From Lama guanicoe (taxonomy: Eukaryota): a stretch of DNA of 64,000 nucleotides. Under the pieces are notes generated by a model. The model was not told the DNA's origin. It was given only the letters and a program-made list of their open reading frames with translations, and did not search any database. This document shows, in pieces, positions 1-12,499 of this stretch (positions are counted from its first letter, which is position 1; every line of letters starts with the position of its first letter). The stretch spans positions 809,884-873,883 of the forward strand of contig MU054001.1 in assembly GCA_013239625.1 (NCBI GenBank). The letters run 5' to 3'. The position numbers and the translations under genes are program-made.

Positions 1-223
1 CTCTTCCTGGCTCGCAGATGGCCGTCTTCTCCCTGTGTCCTCACATGGCCTTCCTTCTGGGCGTGTCTGCGTCCTAATCTCGTTTTGTATGAAGACACCA
101 GTCATAATGGATTAGCGCCTTACCCATATGACCTCATTTTACCTTAGTCATCTTCTTAAAGGCCCTGTCTCCAGATACAGTCACATTCTAAGTCACTCAG
201 GGTTAGGACTTCAACATATAAAT
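1..223 (-). mobile_element. MLT1 (ERVL-MaLR) LTR, MLT1B/C-like, cut by window edge
   Basis: Motifs 'ggccgtcttctccctgtgtcctcacatggcc' and 'ccctgtctccagatacagtcacattct...ggttaggacttcaacatat' are the reverse complement of the MLT1 consensus. Confidence 0.85.
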
Positions 224-239
224 ACATGAACATGGGCTG

Positions 240-622
240 AACTTATGAGTGGCTTTGGCCAGTAGAATATGGCAGAAGTGGTGGTGTCATCTCTAAGCCT
301 AAGCCTTGTAAGACTTTGCATGCTTCTCAGTGCCACCAGTGGGGAACATGCCTGGACAAGCCTACTGGCCACATGAAGCGGAGGGGAGGCTGTCCCAGAT
401 CCACCAATAGCCAGCCAACTCCCAAAATATGAGTGAGCACAGCCAAGAGCCACAAAGTGGACCCACAGGTGACTTGCCAGCTGACCAGAGACAACTGAGT
501 GAGCCCAGCCCAGCCTGGCAGAACCACCCATCCAGCCAGCAGACTCATGGGCTAGTAAATGTTTTTAAGCCACTTGGTTTGTGTGTGTTTGTTATGTGGG
601 ATATTACGGTAGATAGCTGAAA
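240..622 (+). mobile_element. MLT1 LTR (MLT1G/H-like)
   Basis: 'tggccagtagaatatggcagaagtg' near the start and the MLT1 3' end 'gtttttaagccact...tttgttatg...gatagctgaaa'. Confidence 0.7.
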
Positions 623-642
623 TGGGAGCCCGCATCACTTTC

Positions 643-856
643 ATTTGCTGAACAGTTTACTCTGGCCAGATACTCTTCCAAGCACTTTGCATCTATTAAG
701 TCATTTAACTATTTTATTCCCATTTTTCAGATTAAGAGCCTGAGGCAGACAGAGTGTGTGACTTGCCCAGGGCTGCATGGCATGTTTGCTAAAAGAATCA
801 AGATCGGAACTTACGCAGTCTGGTTCCAGAACCTATGTTTTCTGATCATACTCTGT
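643..856 (-). mobile_element. MIR SINE
   Basis: Degenerate MIR core 'cccatttttcagat...ctgaggcagacagagtgtgtgacttgcccaggg'. Confidence 0.8.
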
Positions 857-1454
857 AGTGCTTTTCTGCTTAGGGTGAACTGTTTCCTACTGAAATTAGA
901 TTTGGCAGGAAAGCAATTCCCAGGTCCCACATCCGATTCCAGTGACCACTTCCTAAGGAAACTGGGGGCAAGGATGGGCAGGGGTGGGGAGGTCTTCTGT
1001 TAAATGCATTGGTGGGAAATGCAAGTGCATCTTATCCTTCAAGGCAGCCCGATGTTCAAGGCCTTCAGAGTCTGTCCAACCTGGTTTAAATCCCGTGGCT
1101 TCCCATCTGAACCCAAACAATTCCGTCAGCTTCTCCAAGCCTCGCTTTGCATGTTGTCTCTTTACCCAGGGTGTTACAATTCCTAGGACTTGGCACTAGC
1201 AGCTCTGCCTTAGGTGACTGAGTTTCAGGCTCTTTCCTAACTATTAACTCTTGGACCCACTCCAGAAGATGGGTACCGTTGTTCATCTCCAGCCTGTCCA
1301 TGTGCCCCGCCTGCTCGAAGATCCGCTCTCCCACCCAACCCGGTGGGTTCCCCTGTTCTGCTCTGCATTGCAAGGAACTGAACTCAATAAACTGTTTCTC
1401 AGGCTTTCGTGCGTCCTGCAAGGCACTGGCTCCCACCAGGTGGCCCTGAATCCT

Positions 1455-1590
1455 GGGCTCTGAAATGCCCTCCCCCTCCTTGTCCCTTAGCCCTCAGATG
1501 GGTAACAACTTCTTACTACTAACCTCCATGTTTTCTCACTGTCCTTGCTTGGTGTCTTAGCTCTTCCATGCCTTTGTAGGCATAATTGTT
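1455..1590 (+). mobile_element. Possible ERVL LTR33-like fragment
   Basis: 'cttgtcccttagccctcagatgggtaacaacttc' resembles my recollection of the LTR33 core; highly diverged. Confidence 0.3.
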
Positions 1591-1768
1591 GATATATGTA
1601 TTATGTGTGTGTATGTGTGTCTGTATACACACACACACACGCATATATCCATGCACATACATATGTATGTATCCATACGATTTCTGTGTGTATATATATT
1701 TATACATGTATATGCATATATTACTAATGTATGTGCATATGTGTGTGTGTGTGTGTGTGAGTGTGTGG
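1591..1768. repeat. Compound (TG)/(CA)/(TA) microsatellite
   Basis: Alternating purine-pyrimidine tract seen directly. Confidence 0.95.
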
Positions 1769-2104
1769 TTTTCTTTCTTTCTCTTTTTTTTTAAGAAGGG
1801 AGCAGTTCCTTAGTCTCTGAATAAAGATTTACCGAGTCCCTGCTCTGAGCCCAGCTAGGGTCAGTAATCAGGACGGGAAGCCACAGCCCCTGAGTGCATG
1901 TGGCTTGGCACATAACTGTGGTTGGGACAAGGGGCAGGTCCTGACATCGCCACACACCAGTGAGCCAAGTGAGGCCGGGCTCGTTCAACATCACAGCTCC
2001 TTATCTAAATCACTTCTTATTTCAGATGTTATTTCATTGCTTCCACTTTACCTGATACCTCAAAGGATGTGATATGAGGTGTCTTACCATGATTTAAAAC
2101 ATAA

Positions 2105-2460
2105 TAATTCTCCAGTTACCCGTGATGTGTAACACACCACACTAACCCTTAAGACACCAAGGATCATTTCCCTGTGGCTTCCGGGAGTTGATGGGACTCA
2201 GCCTGGTGGTCCTTACTCAGGGGCTTCATGCAACTGCAGACAGCTGAGACTGGAGTCATCTGAAGGCTGGCTAGTTCCCATGGCTGTGCCGGGCTGGGGA
2301 GACTGGAACATGTGGGGCTGGAGCAGGTGGGAAGCCTCAGGCATCTCTGTCTCTGAGGGCTCTCTGTGTGGTCTCTCCAGCAGGATGGCTTCACAGGGCT
2401 GATGGCTCCAAAGGTGCTTGTCCCAAGAGAGATGATCAGGCAGAAGCTGTATCACCTTTT
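2105..2460 (-). mobile_element. MLT1 (F/G/H-like) LTR, first half of a split element
   Basis: 'gctgagactggagtcatctgaaggct' and 'ggcagaagctgtatcacctttt'; the element continues at ~5055. Confidence 0.7.
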
Positions 2461-5050
2461 AATTTTTATCTGAATGTTCCTTTAAAAAAAATAATTATCA
2501 TACAGTAGAATTAATTTTTTAAATACATGGATTCATATACCTGCCATTACAATTAGGACACAGAACAGTTTCATCGCCCCCCAAACTCCCTCCTACTATC
2601 TATTTATGGAGATTGTAATAATATCCCCTTTTACATTATTAATATTGGTAATTTGTGTATTCTTTAATTTTAGTCAGTCTTGGTACATGTATAACGTTTT
2701 TTTTAACCTTTTCAAAGAAACAGCTGTTTTCTGTTTTCTGTTTCATTGTTTTCTGCTCTTTATTATTTCCTCTTGCTTGCTTTGGTTTTATTTTGCTCTC
2801 TTTTTTGTTTTTTTAGCTTCTTAAGGTAGAGATTTAGTTTCTTCTTTTCTTTATATATATATGTATATTTAATTGAAGTATAGTCAGTTTACATTGTGTC
2901 AATTTCTGGTACACAGCATAATGCTTCAGTCATACATATACATACATATATTCATTTTTATATTCTTTTTCACCGTAAGTTACCCCAAGATATTGAATGC
3001 AATTCCCTGTGCTATATAATATGAATTTGTTGTTTATCTATTTTATATATAGTAGTTAGTATCTGCAAATCTCAAACTCCTAATTTATCCCTTCCCGCCC
3101 TCTTTCCTAGATTCTTAATTTGAGAACTTTCTTCTTTCTTTAACACAAACGGTTAATGCTATAAATCTCCCTCTAATCGCTGCTTTATCTGCATCCTACA
3201 AATTTAGATATACAGTGTTTTCATTTCTATTCAGTTCAAAATATTTTCTTATCTCCCTTGTGACTTCCTTTTTGACCTGTGGATTATTTGAATGTGTTGT
3301 TTAATTTCCAAATGTTTAGGCAAAGATTTTCCTCTTATCATTCATGATTAACTGCTGCTCTTGTTCCTTTGTTTCTCCTTTCCTGCCCTCTTGGGTTGTT
3401 TGAATAGTTTCAGTGTTTTATTTAAATTTTTCCATTGTGTTTTTTTTTATCGCATCTCTTTTTTTAGTTTTTTTATTTGTTGCTCTAGAGATTACAGTAT
3501 GCATACTTCACTTTTATAGTCTACTTAAGATTGATAGCTTATCACTTCAAGTGGAAAGTAGTAACTTTACAACTGTGTAGATCCTTTTCCCCACCCTCAT
3601 TTATGTTATAGTTGTTTTATGTATTATATCTACATGCCCTGACGACTCCATCAGACAGTGTTGTGATTTTTGCTTTCAACCACCAGAACTTAAGAGAAGT
3701 CTATTATATTTTCCCAGATACTTACCACTTCTGTTGCTCTTCCTTCATTCCTGATGTTCCAGATTTCCTTTGTGTATCATTTCCTTTGTCTAAGAAACCT
3801 CCTTTGCAATGATTCTAGAGCAGGTCTGCTGGCAATGAATTCTTCTGTTTTCCTTCCTTTGAGAACGTATCTGTTTCACCTTCATTTCTGAAGGGATTTT
3901 TTTGCTGGTTATAGAATTCTGGGTTGGTATTTGTTTTAACTGTGAAAGTGTCAAGCTGCTTCTTTCTGGTATCCATGAAAATGACATGGTAATGTGTCAT
4001 TTTCAACCGGCTTATTTAAAGATGTTTTTCCTTTGGTCTAGTTTTCAGCACTTTGCCTCTGATTCCGTTAGGTTTCCCTGTTTGAGGTTCACTGAGCTTC
4101 TTGAATCTGTAGGTTTACGTCTTTCATCCTCACTCTGGCATCTCATCCTGCTATCAAGCCCACCCAGTGAGTTTTTCATTTCAGTTACTTTTCTTCAATT
4201 CTAAAATTAAACTATGAGCTTTTTAATTTTCTCATTTATTTCAAGAGTGTTCACAATTACCTGTTGGGGCTTTTATTTAATTGCTACTCTGTCAGATAAT
4301 TCTAGCATCTTTGTTATCTCAAGGTTGGCATCTGTTGACTGGCTTTTTCCCATGCAAGTTGAGATTTTCATGGTTCTTCATATACCAAGTGATTTTGGAT
4401 GCTATCACAGATATTTTGAATATTATGTTATGAAACACTAGGTCTTCTATAAACCCTGTGGAGAAGGTTGACATTTTTGTTTTAGCAGGCAATTGACTTG
4501 TCCTGTTCAGACTTCAAGTTCTAACATGTCTCCTAGTGCCAGTTCAGTTCTTAAAGGCTTTGTGTCATTTGAATCTGATCTGCATGCCCACCACCCAGGG
4601 GCCAGCCTAGCACTTGGACGGTGGTCTACATGTCACTTCAGTTCTCAAAATGTCTTTGGTATGCAGCTCAGAGATGAACCCAGGAATTCGTAAACAACTT
4701 TATGCAGTTGCTTGCCTAAACTCTTCTCTCTCTTTGCTATCTTGCTGTAAGGAGCCCCTTTTCAGTTCTCTATCCAGGAAACCCAGGGCTTTTGTTACTC
4801 TAATCTGCCACATATTTCCATGACTACCTCTATCCAGAGCCAAGTGGTGGAAGAGCTGGGCAAACAAATGATGAACTCACCTCTAGTTCAGTGATTTTTC
4901 AGGTTCTGCTCTTCCTGAATCTGGCTACTACTCTTACTTTTCAGAGGCCTCAAGTACCTGCTCCAAGTGTTGTGTCCACATTTTATAGCTGCGTTCTGTG
5001 AGAGAGATGGAGAGGTCTGCTTACTCCATCTTAGCTAGCACCAGAACCAA
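2461..5050 (-). mobile_element. Old L1 (L1MC/L1MD-type), decayed and internally deleted
   Basis: T-rich antisense L1 motifs such as 'aatgctataaatctccctcta', 'tgttgtttaatttccaaat' and 'caggtctgctggcaatgaattc'. Confidence 0.75.
2845..3107 (-). mobile_element. Young camelid-type L1 3' end nested in the old L1
   Basis: 'ttgaagtatagtcagtttacattgtgtcaatttctgg...ttccctgtgctata...ttgtttatctattttatatatagtag' with a T-rich tail. Confidence 0.85.
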
Positions 5051-5054
5051 CCTA

Positions 5055-5233
5055 TGTCATCTTTTCTGACCTAGCCCTGCAAGTCACACGGCATCACTTC
5101 CGCCACACTTTATTAGTCAAGGCAGCTGAAAAGGCCCATCCTGATTCAAGAGGAGGGGAGTGACAAGGCTCTGAAAGCACATGTGGGGCCAGAAATATTG
5201 TCGTAGCCAGTTTTGGAAGATATACTCTGCCAC
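5055..5233 (-). mobile_element. MLT1 LTR, second half of the element begun at ~2105
   Basis: 'tgacctagccctgcaagtcacacggcatcacttccgccaca...gattcaagaggagggg...ctgccaca' ending at the LTR terminus. Confidence 0.75.
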
Positions 5234-5708
5234 AGATAATAATAAGGAAGGAAGAAATTAGCTCAATCGGGAAATAAGGAGAAGCTCAGGGTAAGGCTGT
5301 TGTTCACAAAATGTGTGCCCCAAGGTCCGGCGAGCCTGCTCTCCTGCCACTTGTGCTTCAGAGCAACCGACTACCTAAGGGAAGGTGGGAAGGTGAGAGG
5401 CACGATTCTTCACAGTAGTGCTTCTCATATGTACCCAGGAGTGTACCCCGGGGAAGCCCAGGAGCAGAACCTGAGTGGCTTTTCCTCCTCAAGGAATAAT
5501 GATACCTCGGAGCATGTGAAGATACTTACCTCGTGCTTTTGTAACAGCTCTAAGAGGTAGACCCTTAGAAGCTTCAGACATACCTGCATAGCCCCTGCGG
5601 GGGACCTGAACCCTGGTTCAGAGGTTGGTTTCCTAAGTTTCACAGTGTCCGTACATAAAGCCAATTTGATCCCTCCAGAGATGGTTCATTTTTCCCTGGT
5701 CTTGAAAC

Positions 5709-5771
5709 TCAAGGTCAGCTTCTTCTGTGGACCCTTTCAAATAGACATTGTGAGCGCAAGGTCAATGACCT
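5709..5771. promoter_or_regulatory. Nuclear receptor motif pair: TCAAGGTCA (NR5A/ERR type) and a perfect IR-1 AGGTCAaTGACCT (FXR/RXR type)
   Basis: Exact motif matches at 5709-5717 and 5759-5771 in apparently unique sequence; function is inferred. Confidence 0.4.
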
Positions 5772-5855
5772 CCAAAGCGAAAAGAATCCCTGCAGTGATG
5801 CTACCTGTCAGGGCTCTTCTCATAGGAGTGACGGGACAGCGCGGTGCAGAGAAGG

Positions 5856-6040
5856 CACCTTGGGTTCAAACCCCAGCTCAGCACAGCATTAGCTTTGTGA
5901 CTCGAGCAAGTTACTCGGTCTTCCGAAACTCCCTTCCAAGTCTCAGAGACAATGACAGTGTCTACCTCACAAAGTTACTGAGAGGCTTATCTAAATGAGA
6001 TCAAGCCTGTAAAGTGCAGCGCCTGGGACTCAGCACGCCT
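5856..6040 (+). mobile_element. MIR SINE
   Basis: 'gggttcaaaccccagctc...gtgactcgagcaagttact...tacctcaca...taaatgagat'. Confidence 0.8.
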
Positions 6041-6124
6041 CCCCTCTTGCGTGCCAGTGACTACCAACATCAGATAAGTCAGCCTGAGGCCAGAACCTAA
6101 CCGGAGGTCAACCTCTCCCCAAGA

Positions 6125-6680
6125 GGTCGCCTAATCTCTCTGTGCCTCAGTGTCCTCCTCTGCAAACTGGAAGCAATAATGGTACCTATCTCTTATGGTT
6201 ACTTAAAGGATGAAATGAGGAGTGGGAGAAAGCGGGAGATGTTGGTCACAGAGGGCAAATTCTTGTTTATGAGATGAATCAGTTCTGGGCTCTGATGCTC
6301 AGCTCGCTGATTACATTTAACCGTACTGTAGTGTATGCCTGAAATTTGCTAAGAGAACAGATCTTAAGCATTCTCACCACACACACGCACTCACACACAC
6401 AAAATGGTAACTGTGAAGCAATGGATGTGTTAACTTGATGATGTGCTTTTTCACAACGTATATGAAATCACCACATTGTACACCTTTTAAAAATCACATT
6501 GTACAACCTCAATATATACAATTTTTACTGGTCAGTCATGCCTCAGTAAAGTTAGAAAAACCTAAAATGTTACAAATTTTAAAATAATTGAGAAAAAGGC
6601 TTCAGCGAGCTAATCAGGTAGAGGGCTTAAAGCAGCACTCAGACAAAGCAAGAATGCAGAAGCCTGAGCACGTGCTACTG
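6125..6680 (+). mobile_element. MIR SINE split by an L1MA insertion (MIR parts ~6125-6218 and ~6600-6680)
   Basis: 'ctctctgtgcctcagtgtcctcctctgcaaactgg...ggatgaaatgag' resumes as 'gagctaatcaggtagagggctt' after the L1. Confidence 0.65.
6219..6595 (+). mobile_element. L1MA (8-10-like) 3' end
   Basis: 'gaaatttgctaagagaacagatcttaagcattctcaccacac...aaaatggtaactgtg...tgcctcagtaaag' followed by an A-rich tail. Confidence 0.85.
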
Positions 6681-7932
6681 CAAAGTTATGATTTGTGAAA
6701 CCGGGAATATGTGCTTCAGGGTTAAACAGCGTTGTGCGAGGAGATAGAGGAAGCCATATGTTAAACATGGTATATTTTCCTCCAGAGTCAACTTGATTTA
6801 AGAAGAAAAAGCTAATGAGTATGATGGACCACGTGCCCCCAGCTACGCTGTTCCCTAATGGTCAGTGGTTGATACCCAGGGGTCCCGAGATTTCCACCCT
6901 CCCCGCCGAAAGTGATGTGTGGACTCCAGGGAGAGGAGAGAGGAGTCCCCTGGATGATATGAAGGCCCCTGGCCACCCGGAGACGGTGCAGGCACAGAGC
7001 AGTCACAGTCCTGGCTGCCTTCTCCATCCCGGCTGCCGCGAGCACGGCCGTTTTCTACATTCCCCTTCATTAAACAAGAAACTCAGATGTTGGTAATTAG
7101 ATCGCCGTCCCCAGCTGCCAAGTCACATTCAGTTCCAAAAAGCCCTGTATACAGCTACTTGTGTGTTTGTTAACAATGTCCCCACAACAGGTCTGCAATT
7201 AGAGCCCATCTGTTGGGCTTCTCAGAAAGCACTGCCAATCGGGCTGGTGAACTTGGAGTCCTCATTGTGGTGAATTCCTGACCAGAAACCCTACAGTGGA
7301 AGGCCCCTGGTCCCTGATGGAGTGTCCGCGGCTGGGGGCCCCTGGACACCAGTCATAATGAGCTCTCATAATAAATGTGCAGGAAGGTGGATGCAATCAG
7401 GTGATAATCGAGGTGTCTGCGCCGGTCTCCTCAATCAAAGCAGACCCTCTCCTTTTTCCAGCTGAACCATCCATGAGTCTGGATACACCCTGTCTGTCTG
7501 AATGTTCCTAATGGTACCCAGGTGTCATTTCTCAGCCAGCACTATTTGGCTGAAGTCAAGTATCATTGCTTCCCTGAGGAGTCCCCCATCCCATCCCAAT
7601 AGGAGATGCTCTGTAGCTGATTTCAGCCCCCTTCCTGCACAAGTCTAGTCTGGCAGAGGAGCCGCTGATAAACAGGTCTTTCCTCTGAGAACCGACTGGG
7701 GAATGTGGAAAAGGTTGGGGGTGGGGCAAGGACCAGAAGCATCAAGATGCAGGTGCAGCATATTTGAAACCTAACAAATTAAAACATGTATTTTCCAAGA
7801 AGGAAGCTATGCATGCATGGATTAGAAAACAATTACTGAACAGTGACTCAGGTGAGGGTCCTTGCCAGGCATGGGAATGGGGAGGTTAGGGGAACATGGC
7901 CGTCTATCTACCTTGTCAAGCTTTGACTACGA

Positions 7933-7997
7933 CAGTGGTTTTCCATGCCAACTGCACATAAGCATCTCTTGGAGAGCTTTAAAAAAATTCTAATGCA
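7933..7997. mobile_element. MER5-type hAT-Charlie fragment
   Basis: 'cagtggttttcc...ctgcacataagcatctcttggagagctttaaaaaa'. Confidence 0.55.
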
Positions 7998-10113
7998 ATT
8001 AGGAAAGCAACTTCATTTACATTAACACCTAAAATAATTAAATACTTAAGAATAAATCTAACCAAGGAGGAGAAGGACTTGTATGCTGAAATCTACAAAA
8101 ATTGCTGAAAGAAATTAAAGATCTAAGTAAATGGAAAGGCATCCCTTGTTCATGGATAGGAAGATGTGACACTGTTATGATATCAATACTACCTAAAGTA
8201 CCTAAAGTGATCTGCAGATTCAACACAGTCCCTATCAAAATTCCAGCAGCTTTTTTTTTTTTTTGCAGGAATGGAAAAGCTGATCCTCAAATTCATATGG
8301 GATTGCCAAGGACCCCAAACAGCCCAAATAATCTTGAAAAAGAATGAATTTAGAGGTCTCACATTACCCAACTTTGAAACTTTGCACAAAGTTACAGTAA
8401 TAAAAACAGTATGGAACTGGAATCAGGATAAGCATATAGACCAATGGAATATAATAGAGATCCCAGAAATAAACCCTCATATATATGATGCCCTAGACTG
8501 AATGTTTGTGTCAAAATTCATATACTGAAGCCCTAATCCCTGATGTGGGAGGTAATTAGGTCATGAGGGTGGAGTCTTCATGAAAGGGATTCGTGCCCTT
8601 AAAAGAAAGGACGAGAGAGGTGAATTCTCTGTCATGTGGGGATATACCAAGAAGGCATTCATTTGCAAACCAGGAAGAGAGCCCTTCCCAAGAACCCGAC
8701 CATACTGTCACCCTGATCTCAAGACTTCTATCCTGTATAACCGTGAGGAATAACCATGTGCTGTTTAAGCCGCGCAGTCTGTAGTATTTTGGTTTAGCAG
8801 CCCAAACTGAGACATATGGTCAACTGATTGTTGATAACGGTGCCAAGACCATTCAATGAGGAAAGGACGGTCTTTTCAACAAATGGTGCTGGGAAAATTG
8901 GAGATCCCCGAGGCAAAATAATGAAGTTGGTCACTTACCCTAAACCGTATACAAAAATGAATTCAAAATGGATCAAAGACCTAAGCTTAATTGTGAAAAC
9001 TACAAAACTCGTAGAGGAAAACATTGGAGAAAATCATCATGACATTGGATTTGACAATGACTTTATGGATAAGACACCAAAAGCAGACAACAATATAAAA
9101 AAGAGATAAATTGGACTTCATCCGAATTAAGGACTTCTGTGCATCAAAGGAGACTATCAAGAAAGCAAGAAGATAACAAAGAGCATAGAAAAATTATATG
9201 TGAATTGTGTATCTGATAAAGGAATAATATCCAGAATATATAAAGAACTCTTACAACTTAACAACCTAACAGACAACCCAATTAAAAAATACTAAAAAGG
9301 ACTTAAATAAATACTTCTCCAAAGAGGATACACAAATGACCAACAAGCACCTGAAAGATGATCAACACCATTAGTCATTAGAGAAACACAAATCAAAACA
9401 CAGTGAGATACCACATCACACCTACTAGGATGATTACAATTTTAAAGCAGTGTGGGTGAGGATATGGAGAGACTAGAACCCTCATGCATTGCTGGTAGGA
9501 ATATAAAATGGTATAGTTGCTAAGGAAATCAGTTTGATAGTTTCTCAAAAGCTTAAATATAAAGCTCTACCCTAGGCGTAGGACCCTAGGCATATACCAA
9601 AAAGAATTGAAAGCAGGGACTCAAACAGATACTTGTACACTGATGTTGACAGCAGCGTTATTCACGATAGCCGAAAGGTGGGGACAAGCCAAGTTTCCAT
9701 CCACAGATGCATGGATAAATTAAACGTGGGCTATACATTCAATGAAATGCTATTCAACTGTAAAGAGGAATGAAATGTTGACCTATGCTACAACATAGCT
9801 GGCCCTTGAAAACATTTGTGAAATAAGTGAAATAAGTCAGGTAGAAGGGGACAAATATGTATGATTCTACTTATATAAGAAACCTAGACTATGCAAATTC
9901 ATAGACAGAAAGTGAAATAGAGGGTATCAGGAACTGAGGGGAGAGGAGAAGGGGAGTTACTGTTTAATGGGTATCATTTTTGTTGGAGATGATAAACAAG
10001 TTCTAGATGTAGACAGTGGTGATGGTTGCGCACAGTGTTAGTATTTTAGTGCCACTGAACTGTACGCTTACAAATGGTAAAAATGATAACTAAGGTTATT
10101 TATATTTTGCCAC
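7998..10113 (+). mobile_element. L1MB-type LINE: decayed ORF2 C-terminal part plus 3' UTR
   Basis: Frameshifted ORF2-like peptides ([29 protein letters not shown]...QIILKKN..GLTLPNF; YTKMNSKWIKDL) and an L1MB-like 3' end 'ggtgatggttgc...gccactgaactgtac'. Confidence 0.9.
8489..8814 (+). mobile_element. MLT1A-type solo LTR inserted into L1 ORF2
   Basis: TG...CA ends ('tgccctagactgaatgtttgtg' ... 'cagcccaaactgagaca'), TSD tatga/tatgg, and the L1 sequence resumes in register. Confidence 0.9.
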
Positions 10114-10394
10114 ACCTATGTGCTAGCTACTGTCCCAGGTTCTGGGAATCCCATATAAACGAGGCCGGGCACCGGTCAATAGTTGAGAAGAGTAGAAATG
10201 GGATGGAGGCTGGTGATCAGAGGAAAGATGAGGAAAGTCATAAAGGACACCAGATTTTTCATGTGAGTTTGAGAGGGGCTGAGGATGCTCCCCTAAGAAC
10301 GATTTCAAGCGGAAGAATTGCTTCAGGGATACGCTTTAGGTACATTATGCTTGAGCTGCCAACCTGCCCTTCACTGTCAAGGAGTAGCAGTTAG

Positions 10395-10600
10395 CTTCTG
10401 TGACACCACTTACCAACGGTGGGCCTTGGACAGAATCCTCAACGTCCCTCCGTGATCCTCAGTTTCCTCCTCTCTAAAACGGGGGGGGGAATGGTGACTC
10501 AACAGTCCTCATGAGGCTGCTGAGAATCCAGTGACGCTGTACGTTCAGTGCCCAGCACAGGGCCCGACCCGCTGCAAGGGCTCAGTCACGCGAGCTGTAG
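10395..10600 (+). mobile_element. MIR SINE
   Basis: 'ccacttacc...ccttggacag...cctcagtttcctcctctctaaaacgggg'. Confidence 0.75.
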
Positions 10601-11809
10601 CAGAGAGTCAAGGCAGCAGGGCCTTTTGCAAAGAAGCTGAGGAGTGAGCCAGTAACCATAGTGTGGAAACTTAGAGAAAATTCCAAGTGGATTAAGGGTG
10701 TTGGGGGAAAAAATCACTGATCATTTTGGTTGAGCGTCAGATGACAGTTTCTTTGTCTTTCAAGGCCAAGTTATATCCCCAAAACATATGTTGCTGTTCT
10801 GGGAAATATGCAAGAAAGAGACCTGCAGAGAGAATGGGAACCTCCCATCTCCCACCTCCCGCCATACTTGAGCATACCTTCTTGGGAAGGCAGACTCTCC
10901 AGCACCATTCAAATGACTGCCCCCCTTTCCTCTCTCACGCAGGCCACAGCAAGACAGGCTCATCTCTGTGGGGGTCACCAGGCTTGACTGCCAATGACCA
11001 TGGCCGATGGCAGAACCCAGCATGGACAGCTGCTGATAAGGATGGACCAGAGGCCTCTGCTGGATGCCTGGGTGATTGACAAAGCCCCCCCTTGGCTCCC
11101 AGAACTTAAATCAACCTTGGCGAGAAGGGGCAAAGGGGAGAGGATGGGAGGCAGGCCCTGCATTTGTCTGGATTACTTATCCAAAAGGGACTGAGGGGAA
11201 AATCTGAACTGGACTTATCTCTCTTTCCTACATCACATTTTCTGCCCTTGGGTAGAATCTGGGCTGGAGATCAAAGTTTGGTTCAGTTATGGAAAAATGC
11301 AAGTCCATTTTCACATAGCTGAGTTTGTGGCTGTGAAGGCTATCCCTGCTCCACCGGCAGCTCGCTGTGGACGAGTGAGGGAGGACCCCCTGCTGTCTGA
11401 TTTGGGCCCACAGACATGTATGAAACACTCTCACTTTGGCAGTCAGAGGAGGGCGAATGGGAGATGCTGGTTTGAACCAAAATAGTCAGGTAGTAGGGAG
11501 TTTCCCTTACATCATCGGGTAGGTAGAGGCTTTGACAAGTCTCTTAGTGAGAGCCTTGCCATTTCCCGGACCATTTCCTGGAAGAGGAGCCATCAGAGTT
11601 GAGACTTGAAAGAAAGGCTACAGTGAAAACCCCAAGACATAGCTGGGTTTTATTTTCCCCTTAAAACACCGAGATCTGAGGGTCTCCATGATTAAAGACA
11701 GGAGTTTGCACTTAATTCGGAGTCTTCTAGCTCTTTCATGAGAGACAGGCCATTCTCGCAGGATCATCCTCCAGCACGAGCACACATGTAAAGAGAGTGC
11801 TGTTTCTGA

Positions 11810-11975
11810 GCTCGGGCTCCACCATCAGAAAAACCTGTCCAAGTCCCAGCTCTGCTGTGTGACTTTACACAAGTCACTTAGCCTCTCTGAGCCCTTTCAG
11901 TCTGTCTATAAAAAGAGGATAATAACACCTACTCTGTAAAATTCTTCTGAGGATAAATGAGAATCCCATACAGAT
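11810..11975 (+). mobile_element. MIR SINE
   Basis: 'cccagctctgctgtgtgactttacacaagtcacttagcctctctgagcc...ggataaatgaga'. Confidence 0.8.
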
Positions 11976-12499
11976 GGAGACACAGACCGATGCCTGGGAC
12001 ATACAGGACGTTCTCAGGGAGCAGAGGTTAGCGCGCCTACAGCCACAGGTGGGTGCCCTGGGTTGGATCCCAGAGCTGCAAATGCCTCTGCTGCCTTTCG
12101 CAGGTAGCCCTGTTCTGATCCTACAGCCCTGCTCCTCTGGATGTGATGAAAACACGTAACTTCCTGGGCTGCTCTCCAGAGACCACCTGCTGTTAGCCCG
12201 CTGTGCTCTCACACTCGGATTTAGCCAAGCCCACAGGTGGCAGCTACGAGGCTCTGCCTGGGAGAGAGCTGCTCTTCCTGTGGGGACAGGGGAGAACCTA
12301 CCCTCCTTTCAGCATCCATCAGGATTGATGACGGGGAAGCCAAGTGAGCTTCAATGTGGCTTCTTTAACTGGGGGATGAGGAGAGACGTGGCTGAGGGAG
12401 CAGCATGTGAGAAGACTGGAGGAGCAGAAAGGCAGCTGGGAAGCTAGCAAAAGGGCGGCCAGAGAAGGTGGCAGGGAGGAGTCATGAGAGCAGGCTTGC

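Noticed and set aside
8102..9109. ORFs with L1 ORF2-like peptides
   Set aside because: Frameshifted fragments of a dead L1 interrupted by an LTR; not a functional CDS.
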